A stretch of 64,000 nucleotides of DNA, taken from the NCBI RefSeq assembly GCF_009914755.1, contig NC_060925.1. One strand, 5' to 3'. Numbering within the stretch: the first letter of the stretch is position 1; each line of letters starts with the position of its first letter. The notes under the pieces were generated by a model. It had not been told where the DNA came from. It worked only from the letters and a program-made list of their open reading frames with translations, and made no database searches. The DNA comes from the human T2T-CHM13v2.0 reference genome, Homo sapiens. Both the position numbers and the translations under genes were made by a program. Positions 61,039 to 64,000 of this stretch are shown one piece after another.

Positions 61039-61121
61039 ACTACAAATCTCTGCATGCAACACTCCAAGAAGTGCTAAGGGTACCAGGGAAGAGCGTCGCG
61101 GTGCACTCTGGGGTTTGTAGT
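61039..61121. promoter_or_regulatory. Two inverted ZNF143/THAP11-type ACTACA motifs in intron 1
   Basis: Plus strand ACTACAAATCTCTGCATGCA (61039-61058) and minus strand ACTACAAACCCCAGAGTGCAC (61121-61101), versus consensus ACTACAnnTCCCAnnATGC. Confidence 0.6.
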
Positions 61122-61160
61122 GACCAACCCAAGTCCGACAGTCGCCTCCTCGATACTTAC

Positions 61161-61296
61161 CGGACCCAGCCACTACCAAGATACTGAGAGACTCCCGGGG
61201 CGTAACGTCCATGGAACGAAGCACTACCCATATTCGCAGGATTAGGAAAACCGCCACAGCTCCTGCGGCCGCAGCTAGAACGAGAACGCACACCAT
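61161..61296 (-). CDS. ALG14: ALG14 coding exon 1 (codons 1-45 + 1 nt; N-terminal hydrophobic anchor)
   Basis: Translates to MVCVLVLAAAAGAVAVFLILRIWVVLRSMDVTPRESLSILVVAGS(G), recognised as the human ALG14 N-terminus. ATG at 61296, donor TCCG|gtaagt at 61161/61160, 136 nt, inside a CpG island. Confidence 0.97.
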
Positions 61297-61306
61297 GCAG
61301 AGAAAC

Positions 61307-61329
61307 GGCGCATGCGTCCAACTTCCGGG
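61307..61329. promoter_or_regulatory. NRF1-type site (GGCGCATGCGTC) plus adjacent ETS/GABPA-type site (ACTTCCGG)
   Basis: Motif matches 11-33 bp upstream of the ATG; a common pairing in housekeeping promoters. Binding is inferred. Confidence 0.65.
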
Positions 61330-61459
61330 GACCAGCCGCTGTCAAAGTTCACAACTACGGGTGCCGAAGCGACTCAAACGCGGAGGACGCACGTCTTGGT
61401 GGGCTGGTCTTTCCTGAGCTGGGAGGAGTGGAGGCGACGGAGAAGCTGAGGTCCCAGTC

Positions 61460-61589
61460 ACAATCCATTTTACCTCATTTATCATGTAGTATTCGTGTTT
61501 CCTAAACTAAATACGCAATACCTAGATTAATAATGCACAACAGCCATACAGGGAAACTGCATATTAGCGTTAAAAGGTTTCTACGTTCT
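61460..61589 (+). repeat. 130-bp direct repeat, copy 2 (upstream of ALG14 exon 1)
   Basis: Aligns without gaps to 60760-60889; 61491-61549 is identical to 60791-60849. Confidence 0.95.
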
Positions 61590-62484
61590 GTACGTTCACG
61601 TTTGTCAGCGGAACCCCTGCTTCTGCGCGGATTGTGCGCAGCTGCAGCCAAGCGTAAGCTGAAAATTGTAAAGTTAAGCGCTGGGGAAGCTTGATTTACG
61701 CCCACGACGAGGTCAGGCAGTCTCCGCGCCCTAAAGGTCCCGAAACTCCCCAGTTAGGAGGTGTTCTGGCTCTGTCAACTTCGTGAATGCCACCTGAAGC
61801 TAAGGGAATACATCCTTTCTTTCTTTCTTTTTTTTTTTTTAATGCCAAGAGAAATGTTTCTGTTGCACACAGACATTACTGAAAGTGTTCGCCAGTAAGG
61901 ACCCTAGGCTTAAACATCGAATTTAGGGCCCTCATCCAAACCCCCTGTCTCCCAACATGTATGTTTTTAACTTTTCTCGAGGTTTTCACAGCTCTCAGTG
62001 TGACCAGAGTAGTTGAGGGTGACCACCTAAAGGTAAGCCACACTCCTAAGAGGATTGCAAAGCTCAGTGGCTCTAGGTAGCAGGATAGACAAGGCACAGT
62101 CCTACAATTAATATTCAGTTAATTTTATCACAAAGCATTTCCAGTGTGTTTCTCATGTCCTCAGCCAAAATGATGATCTGCCAACACCCCCTTCAATCTC
62201 AATTTTGCTTATGTCTAATTAATTAATTGTTAATAAATTAATTATGTCTAATTAATCCACATTACGACAACATAAAATACTAAGATCAGGAGCCCCTTCA
62301 CCCCAAATATAATTTGCCTTCGGTCCACCATAGACCTACCTGTAGGTTATATTGAACAGGTATACAGATGAGTAAAAAGGTTCAGAAAGGTGCAACTGCT
62401 TGCCCAAGTGGAATAGCGTCAGATCTAGAATCAGAAACCAGAAATCTGAGTCCTGCTGGACAGGAGTACTGCATCCTGTATTCC

Positions 62485-62668
62485 TTTGCTAAATTCAAAC
62501 TTGCCTGATCACCACACTTACCTGGAGCCTAGAATGTGTTATTAAAGGTGCAGACTCCCAGGGTCCATTAGGAAACACTGAATCAGAATTTCCGGGGATC
62601 GGGCACCTGGGATTAGCTTATGTAACCAGCGTGTCCATTCCTATCAGCAAGCAAGTTTGGGAGACTTT
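62485..62668. mobile_element. MER5A-family element
   Basis: actgaatcagaatttccgggg...caagtttgggaga signature. Confidence 0.6.
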
Positions 62669-62672
62669 GTGA

Positions 62673-63125
<453 letters not shown>

Positions 63126-63405
63126 TAGATTCCATAAAAGTTAAATAATTTGCCTAAGTCTACTTAGCTAGTAAGGGTGGAGAAAGTTCATAGTTGTGGA
63201 CTTAGAAGTCAGTGTCTCTCAAATTTTAATGGAATCAGAATTCTCTGGGCTTACAAATGCGTAGTTGGAAGTCCAGAGGTAGGGTCTTTGGTGTAGTAAG
63301 AAAAACAGCTCAAGGATAATACAAGGAGTATCATTTACTTGTATATGCCCACTCTGCCATTCCTAATAATGTCTTCAACCTGAAACAGTCTTACCTGATA
63401 CTTAA

Positions 63406-63765
<360 letters not shown>

Positions 63766-64000
63766 GCTTTATTTTTTATTTTTTTAAAGGCAAGGAAACT
63801 TATTCTAGAACCCCTCACAGCAGACTTTCTTTCACTCCTTTTGGCCATACTTATATCACTTTCCCAGGCATAAAAGGAAAGCGACTTCAAAGCTGGTGGA
63901 GGTGGGAGGAGGATGATCTACAACTCACCTGTAATACATGGCTGTTGGATGGAGGGTGGGTACTGAACAAAATAGGCATTCTCTCAGTGAGGAGGAAGCT

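Larger units (their letters stand above)
60975..61760. promoter_or_regulatory. CpG island / TATA-less promoter of ALG14
   Basis: Only stretch of the window with high GC and many intact CpGs outside Alus; spans exon 1. Interrupted by an AT-rich block at 61460-61590. Confidence 0.9.

Overview
Human/primate genomic DNA, AT-rich and dense in Alu, L1, L2, LTR and DNA-transposon relics. It holds the 5' part of ALG14 (UDP-GlcNAc transferase subunit, partner of ALG13 in dolichol-linked N-glycan assembly) on the minus strand. The CpG-island promoter and exon 1 (CDS 61296-61161), exon 2 (53413-53262) and exon 3 (15600-15469) have canonical GT-AG junctions and splice into codons 1-140. The last coding exon lies beyond position 1. 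Nearly all other ORFs in the track are repeat-derived or chance. I find no convincing new multi-gene system. The most unusual structure is a ~130-bp direct repeat (offset 700 bp, 59-bp identical core) bracketing the ALG14 promoter and exon 1. Other leads are an out-of-frame uORF starting inside an NRF1-type site, paired ZNF143/THAP11-type motifs, a palindromic AT-rich minisatellite, a 21-bp perfect hairpin, a symmetric CTCF-type site next to a ~190-bp polypurine tract, and several well-preserved transposon nesting events. Repeat boundaries and subfamily names were read by eye and are approximate.
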